This document shows positions 12,580 to 24,102 of a stretch of 64,000 nucleotides of DNA, piece by piece. Source of the stretch: Eledone cirrhosa (Eukaryota); assembly GCA_964016885.1 (NCBI GenBank), contig OZ024742.1, forward strand, positions 1,550,001 to 1,614,000, read 5' to 3'. A model generated the notes under the pieces. That model was not told the DNA's origin. It saw nothing but the letters and a program-made list of their open reading frames with translations, and did not search any database. Position 1 is the first letter of the stretch. Each line of letters starts with the position of its first letter. Position numbers and translations under genes: made by a program.

Positions 12580-12613
<34 letters not shown>

Positions 12614-12678
12614 GTGTTCTCTCTCTCTCTCTATATATATATGTGTGTGTGTGTAGTGTGTGGTGTTCTCTCTCTCTC

Positions 12679-12715
<37 letters not shown>

Positions 12716-12779
12716 AGTGTGTGGTGTTCTCTCTCTCTCTATATATATATATATGTGTGTGTGTGTGGTGTTCTCTCTC

Positions 12780-12810
<31 letters not shown>

Positions 12811-12872
12811 AGTGTGTGGTGTTCTCTCTCTCTCTCTCTATATATATGTGTGTGTGTGTGTGTGTGTGGTGT

Positions 12873-12905
<33 letters not shown>

Positions 12906-13033
12906 GTGTGTGTGTGTAGTGTGGTGTTCTCTCTCTCTCTATATATATATATATGTGTGTGTGTGTGTAGTGTGTGGTGTTCTCTCTCTCTCTCTATATA
13001 TATATATGTGTGTGTGTGTGTAGTGTGTGGTGT

Positions 13034-13084
<51 letters not shown>

Positions 13085-13094
13085 AGTGTGGTGT

Positions 13095-13145
<51 letters not shown>

Positions 13146-13220
13146 AGTGTGGTGTTCTCTCTCTCTCTCTATATATACATATATATGTGTGTGTAGTGTG
13201 TGGTTTTCTCTCTCTCTCTC

Positions 13221-13252
<32 letters not shown>

Positions 13253-13320
13253 GTGTTCTCTCTCTCTATATATATATATATGTGTGTAGTGTGTGTAGTG
13301 TGTGGTTTTCTCTCTCTCTC

Positions 13321-13354
<34 letters not shown>

Positions 13355-13424
13355 GTGTTCTCTCTCTCTATATATATATATATGTGTGTAGTGTGTGTAG
13401 TGTGTGGTGTTCTCTCTCTCTCTC

Positions 13425-13456
<32 letters not shown>

Positions 13457-13460
13457 GTGT

Positions 13461-13503
<43 letters not shown>

Positions 13504-13578
13504 AGTGTGGTGTTCTCTCTCTCTCTATATATATATATATGTGTGTGTGTGTGTAGTGTGGTGTTCTCTCTCTCTCTC

Positions 13579-13612
<34 letters not shown>

Positions 13613-13671
13613 GTGTTCTCTCTCTCTCTCTATATATATATATATGTGTGTGTGTGTGTAGTGTGTGGTGT

Positions 13672-13702
<31 letters not shown>

Positions 13703-13738
13703 GTGTGTGTGTGTAGTGTGGTGTTCTCTCTCTCTCTC

Positions 13739-13772
<34 letters not shown>

Positions 13773-13831
13773 GTGTTCTCTCTCTCTCTCTATATATATA
13801 TATATGTGTGTGTGTGTGTAGTGTGTGGTGT

Positions 13832-13862
<31 letters not shown>

Positions 13863-13898
13863 GTGTGTGTGTGTAGTGTGGTGTTCTCTCTCTCTCTC

Positions 13899-13932
<34 letters not shown>

Positions 13933-13936
13933 GTGT

Positions 13937-13967
<31 letters not shown>

Positions 13968-14391
13968 GTGTGTGTGTGTAGTGTGGTGTTCTCTCTCTCT
14001 CTATATATATATACATATATATGTGTGTAGTGTGGTGTTCTCTTTCTCTCTCTCTCTCTATATATATATATATGTATGTGTGTGTAGTGTGGTGTTCTCT
14101 CTCTATATATATACATATATATGTGTGTGTAGTGTGGTGTTTTCTCTCTCTATATATATATACATATATATGTGTGTGTAGTGTGGTGTTTTCTCTCTCT
14201 CTCTATATATACATATATATGTGTGTGTAGTGGGTGGTGTTTTCTCTCTCTCTCTATATATACATATATATGTGTGTGTAGTGTGGTGTTCTCTCTCTAT
14301 ATATATACATATATATGTGTGTGTAGTGTGGTGTTCTCTCTCTCTATATATATATATACATATATATATGTGTGTAGTGTGGTGTTCTCTT

Positions 14392-14422
<31 letters not shown>

Positions 14423-14595
14423 GTGTGTGTGTAGTGTGGTGTTCTCTCTCTCTCTATATATATATATGTGTGTGTGTGTGTAGTGTGGTGTTCTCTCTCT
14501 CTCTATATATATATATGTGTGTGTGTGTGTAGTGTGTGGTGTTCTCTCTCTCTATATATATATGTGTGTGTGTGTGTAGTGTGTGGTTTTCTCTC

Positions 14596-14631
<36 letters not shown>

Positions 14632-14635
14632 GTGT

Positions 14636-14666
<31 letters not shown>

Positions 14667-14692
14667 GTGTGTGTGTGTGTAGTGTGTGGTGT

Positions 14693-14725
<33 letters not shown>

Positions 14726-14855
14726 GTGTGTGTAGTGTGGTGTTCTCTCTCTCTCTATATATATATATGTGTGTGTGTAGTGTGTGGTGTTCTCTCTCTC
14801 TCTCTATATATATATATGTGTGTGTGTGTAGTGTGTGGTGTTCTCTCTCTCTCTC

Positions 14856-14887
<32 letters not shown>

Positions 14888-14891
14888 GTGT

Positions 14892-14926
<35 letters not shown>

Positions 14927-14956
14927 GTGTGTGTAGTGTGTGGTGTTCTCTCTCTC

Positions 14957-14995
<39 letters not shown>

Positions 14996-15119
14996 AGTGT
15001 GTGGTTTTCTCTCTCTCTCTATATATATATATATATGTGTGTGTGTGTATAGTGTGTGGTGTTCTCTCTCTCTCTCTATATATATGTGTGTGTGTAGTGT
15101 GTGGTTTTCTCTCTCTCTC

Positions 15120-15152
<33 letters not shown>

Positions 15153-15426
15153 AGTGTGTGGTGTTCTCTCTCTCTATATATATATATGTGTGTGTAGTGT
15201 GGTGTTCTCTCTCTCTCTATATATATATATGTGTGTAGTGTGTGGTGTTCTCTCTCTCTCTATATATATATATGTGTGTGTGTGTGTAGTGTGTGGTGTT
15301 CTCTCTCTCTCTATATATATATATATGTGTGTGTGTGTGGTGTTCTCTCTCTATATATATATATGTGTGTGTGTGTGTGTAGTGTGTGGTGTTCTCTCTC
15401 TCTCTATATATATATATGTGTGTGTG
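12400..15426. repeat. compound minisatellite of ~50-bp units: (GT)n-AGTGTGGTGTT-(CT)n-(AT)n
   Basis: Direct. The module order is fixed and the dinucleotide lengths vary. Confidence 0.97.
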
Positions 15427-15531
15427 TAGATATAGATGTGTGTGTGTGTGTAGATATAGATATAGCCATATTTCTGTTCTGTTGCTAAGTGTCTCTATAT
15501 ATCTAGTCATATTGTTGTTAATGTTATTTTC

Positions 15532-15663
15532 TTGTTCTTTTACTGGTTCCAGTCATTAGCCTGTGGCCATCCTGTGGTACTGCCTTGATTTAGGCTATCA
15601 TATCAACCCCAGTACTGTTTTACTGGTTCCAGTCATTAGACTGTGGCCCTGCTGGGGCACCAT
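15532..15663 (-). mobile_element. two tandem degenerate SINE 3'-end remnants
   Basis: TTTTACTGGTTCCAGTCATTAG(C/A)CTGTGGCC occurs twice and resembles a recalled octopus SINE 3' end. Confidence 0.45.
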
Positions 15664-15674
15664 CTCAATTTAAT

Positions 15675-15911
15675 CAAGGAGAGAATACATTTATTCCCAA
15701 GATTCTTCTTTTCCCTCTCTCTACCGACCTGCCATTCAAATTCTCAAGACTTCAGTTTCCTGTTAGAACCAGTTTTGCTATGACCATACATAAAGCTCAG
15801 GGTTTCAAAGTTGTAGAATTGAATACAAAAGAATCACTTTTTAACCTCGTGCTGTAAACTAAATAATGCATCCAATAGTCATTTTCTCTTCTACTTGTCT
15901 ACGTCAGCTAG
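15675..15911 (+). mobile_element. Helitron remnant (Pif1-like helicase fragment plus CTAG terminus)
   Basis: 15675-15825 reads QGENTFIPKILLFPLSTDLPFKFSRLQFPVRTSFAMTIHKAQG, the RepHel motif V region. Ends CAGCTAG followed by T at 15912. Confidence 0.75.
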
Positions 15912-15921
15912 TATGTGTGTG

Positions 15922-15990
<69 letters not shown>

Positions 15991-16035
15991 AAGTTAAATA
16001 AAAAGTCAAATGATTAAAATTTAGCTTCGTTTATT

Positions 16036-16090
16036 ACTGCTATATATATTTCAGTGACAGCCATCTTTGGCTGTGACCTCTTCAGGCAGT
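16036..16090 (-). ncRNA. minimal type I hammerhead ribozyme
   Basis: ACUGC-CUGAAGA-GGUCACAGCCA(AAGA)UGGCUGUCACU-GAAA-UAUAUA-UA-GCAGU. Confidence 0.75.
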
Positions 16091-16273
16091 TTGAATTAGT
16101 ATGGTATAGACAAGTACATATGTTGTTGAGGTGTATAATATTGTCAATACTCTGATATGCCCAGTTCCTTGTTGGGTTGTTATTTCACTGAGGAACTGGA
16201 ATCATAATATTGTGTATTGACAAAGTTATACACCTCAACAACATGTGTACTCGTCTCTACCACACTAATTTGG

Positions 16274-16328
16274 ACTGCCTGAAGAGGTTACAGCCAAAGA
16301 TGGCTGTCACCGAAATATATATAGCAGT
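16274..16328 (+). ncRNA. minimal type I hammerhead ribozyme
   Basis: Stem I ACUGC/GCAGU; CUGAAGA; stem II GGUUACAGCCA/UGGCUGUCACC; GAAA; palindromic helix III UAUAUA; AUA triplet. Predicted cut after 16323; AATAAA at 16329. Confidence 0.82.
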
Positions 16329-16460
16329 AATAAACGAAGCCAAATTTTAAACATTTAACTTATTTATTTTATTTTATTTTATTTTATATATATATATATA
16401 TATCATCATCATCATCATCATCGTTTAACGTCCATTTTCCACGTTAGCATATATATATAT

Positions 16461-16786
16461 GGAGGCACATGGCTTCGTGGTTAGAGCATTGGGCTTGCAA
16501 TCGAAAGGTTGTAAGTTCAATTCTCAGATCGGGTGATGTGTTGTTTCCTTAAGCAAGACACTTTATTTCACATTGCTCCAGTTTACTCAGCTGTAGAAAT
16601 GAGATGATAGGCCTGGGGTCCCTATCATTCCACTGCAAAGTGGTCGTGGAGGTGCCACGGCAAAAAAGCACCCAGCACTCACTGTAAATGAGGTTGGTGT
16701 TAGGAAGGGCATCCAGCTGTAGAAATCAAGCCAGAATCAGTTCCCGTCCCACCCTTACAAGCAGGGAGAAGCAGACGTAAAATGAT
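16461..16786 (+). mobile_element. tRNA-derived SINE, family 1
   Basis: GGAGGCACATGGCTTCGTGG...AAGTTCAATTC, with RTE-like tail. Confidence 0.92.
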
Positions 16787-16800
16787 ATATATATATATAT

Positions 16801-16955
16801 GCAAGAAGTAAAACTGGGAAAATAGAGGCAGCAAAGAACAATATGAAGTAGCTAAAAGAGAAGCTAACCAACAGGTTTACAAAACACAGCATTGTCTGGA
16901 AAAGACTCATCCAACCCATACCAACTTAAAACGTTGACATAATGATGATGATGAT
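16801..16955 (+). mobile_element. old internally deleted RTE remnant
   Basis: Encodes WENRGSKEQYEVAKREANQQVY (compare WKNGGSRVHYIETKREARRQVY), joined to a degenerate 3' tail and (GAT)n. Confidence 0.65.
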
Positions 16956-16969
16956 ACAGACATGTCATA

Positions 16970-17150
16970 TAATTGTTTCTACTTTTTGGCACAAGGCCAG
17001 CAATTACCCTGTGCATTACTGGTACTTTATTTTATCGACCCCGTAAGGATGAAAGGCAAAGTCAACCTCAGCGGGATTTGAACGCAGATCGTTAAGGGAC
17101 GTAACTATGCTGGAAAGCATGTCATCCGACCCTCTACCGATACTGCCAAT
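16970..17150 (-). mobile_element. tRNA-derived SINE, family 2 (Nin/Deu-like core)
   Basis: Homologous to 28302-28483. A box TGGCAGTATCGG, B box GTTCAAATCC, core GCCTTTCATCCTT...GTCGATAAAATAAAGTACCAG. Confidence 0.8.
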
Positions 17151-17297
17151 GATTGATGTTTAATGGTTCTTAGTTTGTACTGATTAACCTGGTTCAATTG
17201 CTCTCCTATCTTTGTCAGTAATATTTACACTTGTGTGTCTGTTATTCAATGTTGGTATGGTTGTATATAAATGTATTGCAATTACACTGTGTTGGTA

Positions 17298-17343
<46 letters not shown>

Positions 17344-18278
17344 GTGTACTATCTTGGTATAAGTCTACCTCTCTTACACTTCCATCTTCACACTACATGT
17401 ACTATATCTCCTACACTATGATATTACTGTACTATCTAAGTATAAATCTACTTGTTAAACCACTTCTATCTCCTACACTATGATGTTATCGTATTCTAAC
17501 CACTCTTCGACACTATATCTTGGTACAAGTCTATCTCTCATCAATTTGTTATAAATCTCCAATCTCTCTCCATTCTTCTATAATTGCTACAAGTGTTATT
17601 TCCATTCCATTGTTGCACTATCTTGGAGTGTCTTTGTTGCACTATTTCACTGTCTTGGAGTGTCTTTGTGACCTTCAAAACTACATTTTAAAATATGTTC
17701 CATTTTAAATGATGTATATATAATGGAGGTATAACTTATTTACTGGACCTACAAAACCTCAATTTAAAATATATGGTACATTGTAAATGTATGTATAATG
17801 TAGGTATAACTTATACACTTGTGTATATACAGTAATTAAAGTCCATTAGATATAATAAACAGTCATGAAAGTTGTTTTGTTTATCTAATTAATTTTAATT
17901 AGTTTACACGTGCAATGACTGCTAAACTCTACAGTTTTGTCTCAGCATCTGAAGCCCAGCACAAAACATCTAACAGTAATATATTGGTTAAAATGATTGT
18001 TTTTATATTTTTATATCATCCTAGATGTGGCTCATGTTATTTTGTGTTTTATAACTAAAAAGTATTGTTGTTGCTGTTGTTGTTGTATTTATAATTAATC
18101 AATTAGCTTCTTGTTTTTGACTGCAAGAGGAATGGTTGTGGCACTAACTTCGGCATGTCTTCCATAACAGGATCCTTTCTCTTTCAATCGTAACATGTTG
18201 AGTATTTGAGCCTACCATTATTTCAAGCTAAAGGAACTCTTATCAAGTTTCTAGTTAACCTTCAGTACTTACAGGACT

Positions 18279-18450
18279 CAGCTGTACTCTACTGTATCAC
18301 CAACCTTGAGCTGTACTTTGATGTATCACCAACCTTGAGCTGTACTTTGTTGTATCACCAACCTTGAGCTGTACTTTGCTGTATCACCAACCTTGAGCTG
18401 TACTCTACTGTATCACCAACGTTGAGCTGTACTTTGTTGTATTACCAAGT
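18279..18450. repeat. 29-bp tandem repeat (~6 copies)
   Basis: GAGCTGTACTTTGNTGTATCACCAACCTT with period 29. Confidence 0.9.
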
Positions 18451-19012
18451 TTCAGTGATTACAGGACTGAGCTCTACTTTGCTGTATTACTGTAGAGGAT
18501 TTTTATTCTCCTACTGTCATTCACTCATTCTCTGTCATCTGACAACTACTTCCACAATATCTCATTTGTGTGACAGAAAATAAAAGCACATTGCAAATTT
18601 TCATGTACATGTTGCTGAACCCTCAGACTTTTACAAAGTACTGAGAGATAAAGTTAATATAAAGAGTGGTGTAGTCATGCATGGAGATGCTGTGAAACAG
18701 GTTATAAAATAGGTGAAGACCCCTTAAAAGATGGAAAAAGAAGCTGCTGTCAGCCACTACAAGGAATTGAACCCTATATCTCCCAGAAAGCAAGAATCTT
18801 CAGATATGTGCTGAGGCGGACATTAAATTATTTTTTGTTTTGTGGAATATTTTACTGGCATCTTTAACACAATACTTCAACTCTCAGACATTTTTTATTT
18901 TCATTTTATTTACTTGTCTTTTAGGGGAGGAGGGGGTAGGGATTATTGAACTTGTGATGTGATGTCCATAATTGTTTGTTTAAACTTAACAGTAAGTTTG
19001 AATGTCTTTCAG

Positions 19013-19071
19013 CTTCATCGATGAGTCATGAGAAAATGCAGGAACTGAGCCAAATTCATTTAAACCAACAG
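19013..19071 (+). CDS. DCTN3: dynactin subunit 3 (p24), internal exon
   Basis: TTTCAG| ... |GTCAGT. 59 bp encoding xSSMSHEKMQELSQIHLNQQ, similar to recalled human DCTN3 [20 protein letters not shown]. In frame with the next two exons. Confidence 0.8.
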
Positions 19072-19283
19072 GTCAGTCACATGCTCTGTTGTTAATTATC
19101 TTTGGTTATTCTTAGCACCATAATTAGGAGGAATATCTTGTTAAATTAGCTGGCATTCAAGAAGCTGAATAAATTATTATAAAAACAAAGACAATTGATA
19201 AATATTCAACAAAGATCTGCTGTTTTGTTGTGTTTCTCTTGTATAGAGACTTAACCCTTTTTTTTTCACTATATTTCTAACAG

Positions 19284-19361
<78 letters not shown>

Positions 19362-19387
19362 ATATATGTGTATATATAGGAGAGAGA

Positions 19388-19728
19388 GAGGCACATGGCT
19401 TAGTGGTTAGAGCATTGGCTTTGCAATTGAAAGGTTGTAAGTTCAATTCTCAGACCAGGTGATGTGTTGTTTCCTTAAGCAAGACACTTTATTTCACATT
19501 GCTCCAGTTTACTCAGCTGTAGAAATGAGATGATAGGGACTGGGGTCCATATCATTCCACTGCAAAGTGGTCGTGGAGGTGCCACGGCAAAAAAGCACCC
19601 ACCACTCACTGTAAATGAGGTTGGTGTTAAGAAGGGCATCCAGCTGTAGAAATCCAGCCAGAATCAGTTCCCGCCCCACCCATGCAAGCAGGGAAAAGCG
19701 AACGTATGATGATGATGATGATGATGAT
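19388..19728 (+). mobile_element. tRNA-derived SINE, family 1 (intronic)
   Basis: A/B boxes, RTE-like 3' end and (GAT)n. Confidence 0.92.
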
Positions 19729-19886
19729 ATATATATATATACACGGTTTGTTTGGAAGAAGTGATGAGTATGGGTTAGCGTTCAGTTTAGTATTTGCTGA
19801 TAGTCAGTAGACTAGTTGGGGCATATATTTTGTCTTTTCTGGCAGGTTTAGTAAAATTACTTTCAACTTAATACAATCTATTTTTA

Positions 19887-20109
19887 GAATTATTGAGTGA
19901 TAGGAAGTATGAATTTAAAAGAAGCATCAACATTGTTTGACTAAATAGTCTTATAAACCTTGCATATGGAAAACATCTGTAGAGTACAGATGGTGTTGTA
20001 CAGATATTTTACATCTTCAGGGTTTTTATACCCAAATTATTATTTTTTATTGTCAAACAATGTTGATGCTTCTTTTATATTCTAACTTTATAATAAAAGA
20101 CAATTCTAG
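19887..20109. repeat. degenerate palindrome / MITE-like element
   Basis: TAAAAGAAGCATCAACATTGTTTGAC (about 19916-19941) is the reverse complement of about 20052-20077, with weaker pairing inside and outside. Confidence 0.7.
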
Positions 20110-20585
20110 TATTATCTGTCATGTAATAATGAGATTTCAATCAAGGGTTAGAATATTTCATTTAAATATTTTAATAGAGGTGGTGTTAGGGGAGGTTGGT
20201 GTTTGAAGATTTAAGCACAGTCAAAATATTCCATGAGATTATAACAGCCACTACATCATCATCATCGTTTGTCTATCTTCCACGCTAGCATGGGTTTCTT
20301 TCTATTCAATGACTATTCAATGACTATCCACTAATGCAGATGTGTTTTTATATTGATATAAACTAGATGTTAAGTGGGGGGTGAAGTCGTTAGAGCATCA
20401 AATAAAATGTTTTGTGACAGTCATTCCAACTCTATATTCTGAGTTTACACATACACACATACACACATATATATATATTTAAAGGTTAAACAAGGTTCAA
20501 TGAATAAATCAAAGAATAAAGTTGACTGAATGCCATGACTGAATTTTAACCATCTACTTAGTCAAGGTATGTCATGCATCACCTT

Positions 20586-20650
20586 ATTTTATCTGATGAG
20601 GACGTACTGTTGAAGATAGCTCAGTACCTTTGAAATATGTATAATAAAAT
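20586..20650 (+). ncRNA. minimal type I hammerhead ribozyme (sense, in DCTN3 intron)
   Basis: AUUUUAU-CUGAUGA-GGACGUACUG...CAGUACCUUU-GAAA-UAUGUA-UA-AUAAAAU. 7-bp stem I; the base of stem II is imperfect. Confidence 0.72.
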
Positions 20651-20695
20651 GTACTTGATCACAAGAATGTCTATTTTTGTTAATATTTTGAATTA

Positions 20696-20727
<32 letters not shown>

Positions 20728-20816
20728 AAGCTTTCACCGTATTTTAGACTAAAGAAATTTCTAGTCTGATAGTGGGGTTTAGAACCCTCGGAGAAATGGA
20801 AAAAGATGAGTGTTGC

Positions 20817-20884
20817 CGTACATGGCAGTCGAACCCACATCTTTGGTTATCCAGATCACTGTGCTACCATTACACCAATACACA
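20817..20884 (-). pseudogene. tRNA-like sequence (pseudogene or SINE head)
   Basis: TGGTGTAATGGTAGCAC (A box/D arm) and GGGTTCGACTGCC (B box/T arm). Weak acceptor stem; no clean anticodon arm. Confidence 0.5.
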
Positions 20885-21240
20885 TCCCATCTCCTTCCAT
20901 TCGAATTAGAAGCTATGAACTTTTTCAAACTCGCGCACCGTTTCAAAAACATAGATGTTTACGTTTATATATCATCATCATCATCATCATCATCGTTTAA
21001 CGTCCATATTCCACGCTTGCATGGGTTTATATGTAAAGAGAGAGAGAGACACAATCAGATCAACACCACTTGTTGACAAAATGCTGATCTCTGGTATGAC
21101 TGGAAACATTTTACAAGATTTAGAACATCTTTTGACAGATCATAGTGTTCATGTGACAGACAGACAAAAAGTCTATACAATTATAATAACAGAGTTAACC
21201 TGACAAACATTTTCTTATATTATTTTCTCTTCTATTTCAG

Positions 21241-21300
21241 GATGAAGCTGCTCACATGACTGAGAATGTGAAAGCATTGTTGGACACATATAATTCCGTT
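21241..21300 (+). CDS. DCTN3: dynactin subunit 3, penultimate coding exon
   Basis: Strong pyrimidine tract with TTTCAG|. Encodes DEAAHMTENVKALLDTYNSV (recalled human [20 protein letters not shown]). Followed by GTATCCTTT. Confidence 0.85.
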
Positions 21301-21969
21301 GTATCCTTTATATTTGCCACCCTAATCACCATCATCATCATCTTTTACATACATGTGTTGGAAGGGGCCCCTCCACCACAGAATTCCTTCATCTCCTCTG
21401 TAAGGTTCAGTGTTTTGATGTCAGCACTAATCACTTCTGTCCAGGTTGGTCTTCCTCTTCTGCAGTTCCCTTGGCATCACCTAGCATTTCTTCACCCACT
21501 GTTCCTCATCCATGTCCAGTGCAGTATTATCTCATCTACACCACATTTCATTCTTCTTATACCCAGTTTTTCTCTCAGTCCATCAACACCCTATCACTCA
21601 GGTAAACTAACTTTACACATCCATCAGAGCATCTCACTTCATTTCTCTCCAACTTCCACATGGCCGTTGTATTAACCACCTCTGTCTTACTGCTATCCAA
21701 CATTCCACTTCTCACACAGGCATCATACAATCTACCCTTTGCTCATATATATATCTTTGGCTTGCTTTTTACAGCTGGATGCCCTTCCTAACGCCAACCA
21801 CATTTACAACATGGATTGAGTGCTTTTAGTCATGACACCAACACAACCACTTTACAGTGTGGACTTGGTGCTTTTTCTCATGTCTCCACCATGATTATAT
21901 AAATGTGTGTTGTGTGGGACTTGTTTTATCAGTTGTTTCAATAATATTCCTTAACTGAGATGTTTTTAG
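21301..21969 (+). other. U12-type (minor spliceosome) GT-AG intron
   Basis: Donor GTATCCTTT; branch site TTCCTTAAC at 21947-21955; AG at 21968-21969; no long pyrimidine tract. Confidence 0.88.
21327..21890 (-). mobile_element. old degenerate RTE 3' fragments inside the U12 intron
   Basis: (CAT)n, GRP..W-like and KGRLYDA-like remnants, and the TACAGCTGGATGCCCTTCCTAAC tail motif. Confidence 0.65.
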
Positions 21970-22059
21970 GTGTCCAATCTTTCAAAACAGTTTGTTGTTT
22001 GGGACCAGATGTTAACCAATATGGAAATACAGGCTAAACCAGTGAAAAAAGTCGACTGA
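21970..22059 (+). CDS. DCTN3: dynactin subunit 3, last coding exon
   Basis: VSNLSKQFVVWDQMLTNMEIQAKPVKKVD* versus recalled human [29 protein letters not shown]. Confidence 0.87.
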   Translation: MSNLSKQFVVWDQMLTNMEIQAKPVKKVD

Positions 22060-22129
22060 AGTTGACTGAAAAACACCTTTTGGGGGAGGGTTATTTTTTT
22101 TATGCACTTAAAGCTTATCTGTGTGTTTT

Positions 22130-22650
22130 GAGAGAGTGAGAGAGAGAGTGTGGCAGTGTGTTAAGAGAGAGAGATAGTGTGTGTGTTAGTGTGTGAGAGA
22201 GAGTGTGGCAGTGTGTTAGAGAGAGAGTGTGGCAGTGTGTAAGAGAGAGAGATAGTGTGTGTGAGAGAGAGTGTGGCAGTGTGTTAGAGAGAGATAGTGT
22301 GTGTGTGTGTGTGTGTTAGTGTGTGAGAGAGAGTGTGGCAGTGTGTTAGAGAGAGATAGTGTGTGTGTGTGTTAGTGTGTGAGAGAGAGTGTGGCAGTGT
22401 GTTAGAGAGAGACAGTGTGTGTGTGTGTTAGTGTGTGAGAGAGAGTGTGTGTGTGGCAGTGTGTTAGAGAGAGAGAGTGTGGCAGTGTGTTAGTGTGTGT
22501 GTGAGAGAGAGAGTGTGTGTGTGGCAGTGTGTTAGAGAGAGAGAGTGTGGCAGTGTGTTAGTGTGTGTGTGTTAGAGAGAGAGTGTGGCAGTGTGTTAGT
22601 GTGTGTGTGTGAGAGAGAGAGAGAGTGTGTGGGGCAGTGTGTTAGAGAGA
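22130..22650. repeat. GA/GT compound tandem repeat (GAGAGAGTGTGGCAGTGTGTTA)
   Basis: Direct. Starts about 70 bp after the DCTN3 stop, so it may lie in the 3' UTR. Confidence 0.85.
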
Positions 22651-23335
22651 GGAAGATATGGAAGAGTAAAGTGAGAAAATAAAGCAGTGTAAGAGAAAGA
22701 GGGGAGCATATAGATAGACTAGTAGATAGGAAAGAAAGAGACTGGAAGATAGAGAGATAGACAGACACAGAGAGAGAGAGAGAGGTGTTATTTAATGCTA
22801 TATAATTATTTTGTGGTTATTATTACGTTGTCTCATTTCAACTTCTGTCCAGAAGACGAAGTGAAATATTTTGTCTTTTGTGGAACAATAAACTTGTTTA
22901 AGACTTGGTCACTTGTATTGGTTGCTGCTTTCTTTATATAGATGTGTGACTGTTACATAGGTGTGGGTAAGTGTATTAAGTGTATGGTGTGTCTAAGTGT
23001 ATGGTGTGTGTGTAAGTGTAAGGTGTGTGTTGTATATAGAGATTAAAAGAAGTGAGGAGGTGACTTGAGCTCCTTTAAAGTGGTAAAACTGAGAAGGAAT
23101 GACAGGTGTGTGTGTGTGTGTGTGGGGGGGGGGGGGTTATTCTGACTTTTGGTGGTTCTCAAAAAACTGAACATGCCACAGAAAGTCTCCTGTTTTGAGA
23201 GCTGAGAGTACATCATGTCAACTGTGACAGCAGAGCTGTGTTGGGGACATGGGGCCTACTTCTAAGGCATTTCAACCTCACAAAATATGTCATCTCTTTT
23301 TTCGGCTTAAAGTTAGATACACTTTCAACACATCT

Positions 23336-23370
<35 letters not shown>

Positions 23371-23610
23371 GTGTGTATGTGTATGAATGTAAGATGTCTT
23401 TAGCCATCAAGATGGACTTCTGACAGTTTTAAACCCTACCAACAGTACTGCTGGTCCACTCAGGGTCACAGTGTCTGACATATGCCAAAGCACTGTCTGT
23501 AGAGTAAGAGACAAGTCAAAACAGTAATTTATAACAGATACTCATAGAGTTTTATGTGGGGACTAGGAGAAGATATATATATGTGTATATATATATATAT
23601 ATATACATAC

Positions 23611-23649
<39 letters not shown>

Positions 23650-23957
23650 AATGGAGGGGAGAGAAATATGAAGACATAGAAATCAATAAATAGATAGTTT
23701 GACAGATAAAGATAAAACCAGAGTTGAAAATAGAATGACAAAACTAATAAAAATAATCAAATAAAAGAGAAAGGAAATGAAAAAAAAAGGCTGTCTGCAG
23801 CTGTTTCCTAAGTTTCAATGAAATTTGAAAATAAATGTAGTGTTAAAGAAACCTGTATTAAGATTGTTCCCCAGAGCCACAAGGGGGTTAAACAGAGTCA
23901 ATAGAGAATTGTATTAATCTCATGAAATTCACAACTTTGTTGATTTCTTAAAGCAAT

Positions 23958-24102
23958 TGGCTGAGTCATTAGAACATGAGATAGAATGCCTTGCAGTATT
24001 TGTTCCAACACCTTCCTCTCTGAGTTCAAATCCTCCCAGGAGTCAACTTTATCTTTCTTACTTCAGAGGTTGGTAAAGTACCAGTTAAGTACTGGGATAG
24101 AT
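23958..24102 (+). mobile_element. degenerate SINE of family 2 type
   Basis: GAGTTCAAATCC B box and GTCAACTTT...AAGTACCAGTTAAGTACTGGG core. Confidence 0.5.

Larger units (their letters stand above)
15985..16385. mobile_element. palindromic Penelope-like pLTR-derived element with two hammerheads
   Basis: Imperfect inverted arms of about 170-180 bp, each containing CTGAAGA...GAAA followed by AATAAA. Embedded in (TA)n. Confidence 0.75.

Noticed and set aside
21256-21675. 139-aa ORF as a standalone gene
   Set aside because: DCTN3 exon read-through into a U12 intron made of antisense RTE debris.
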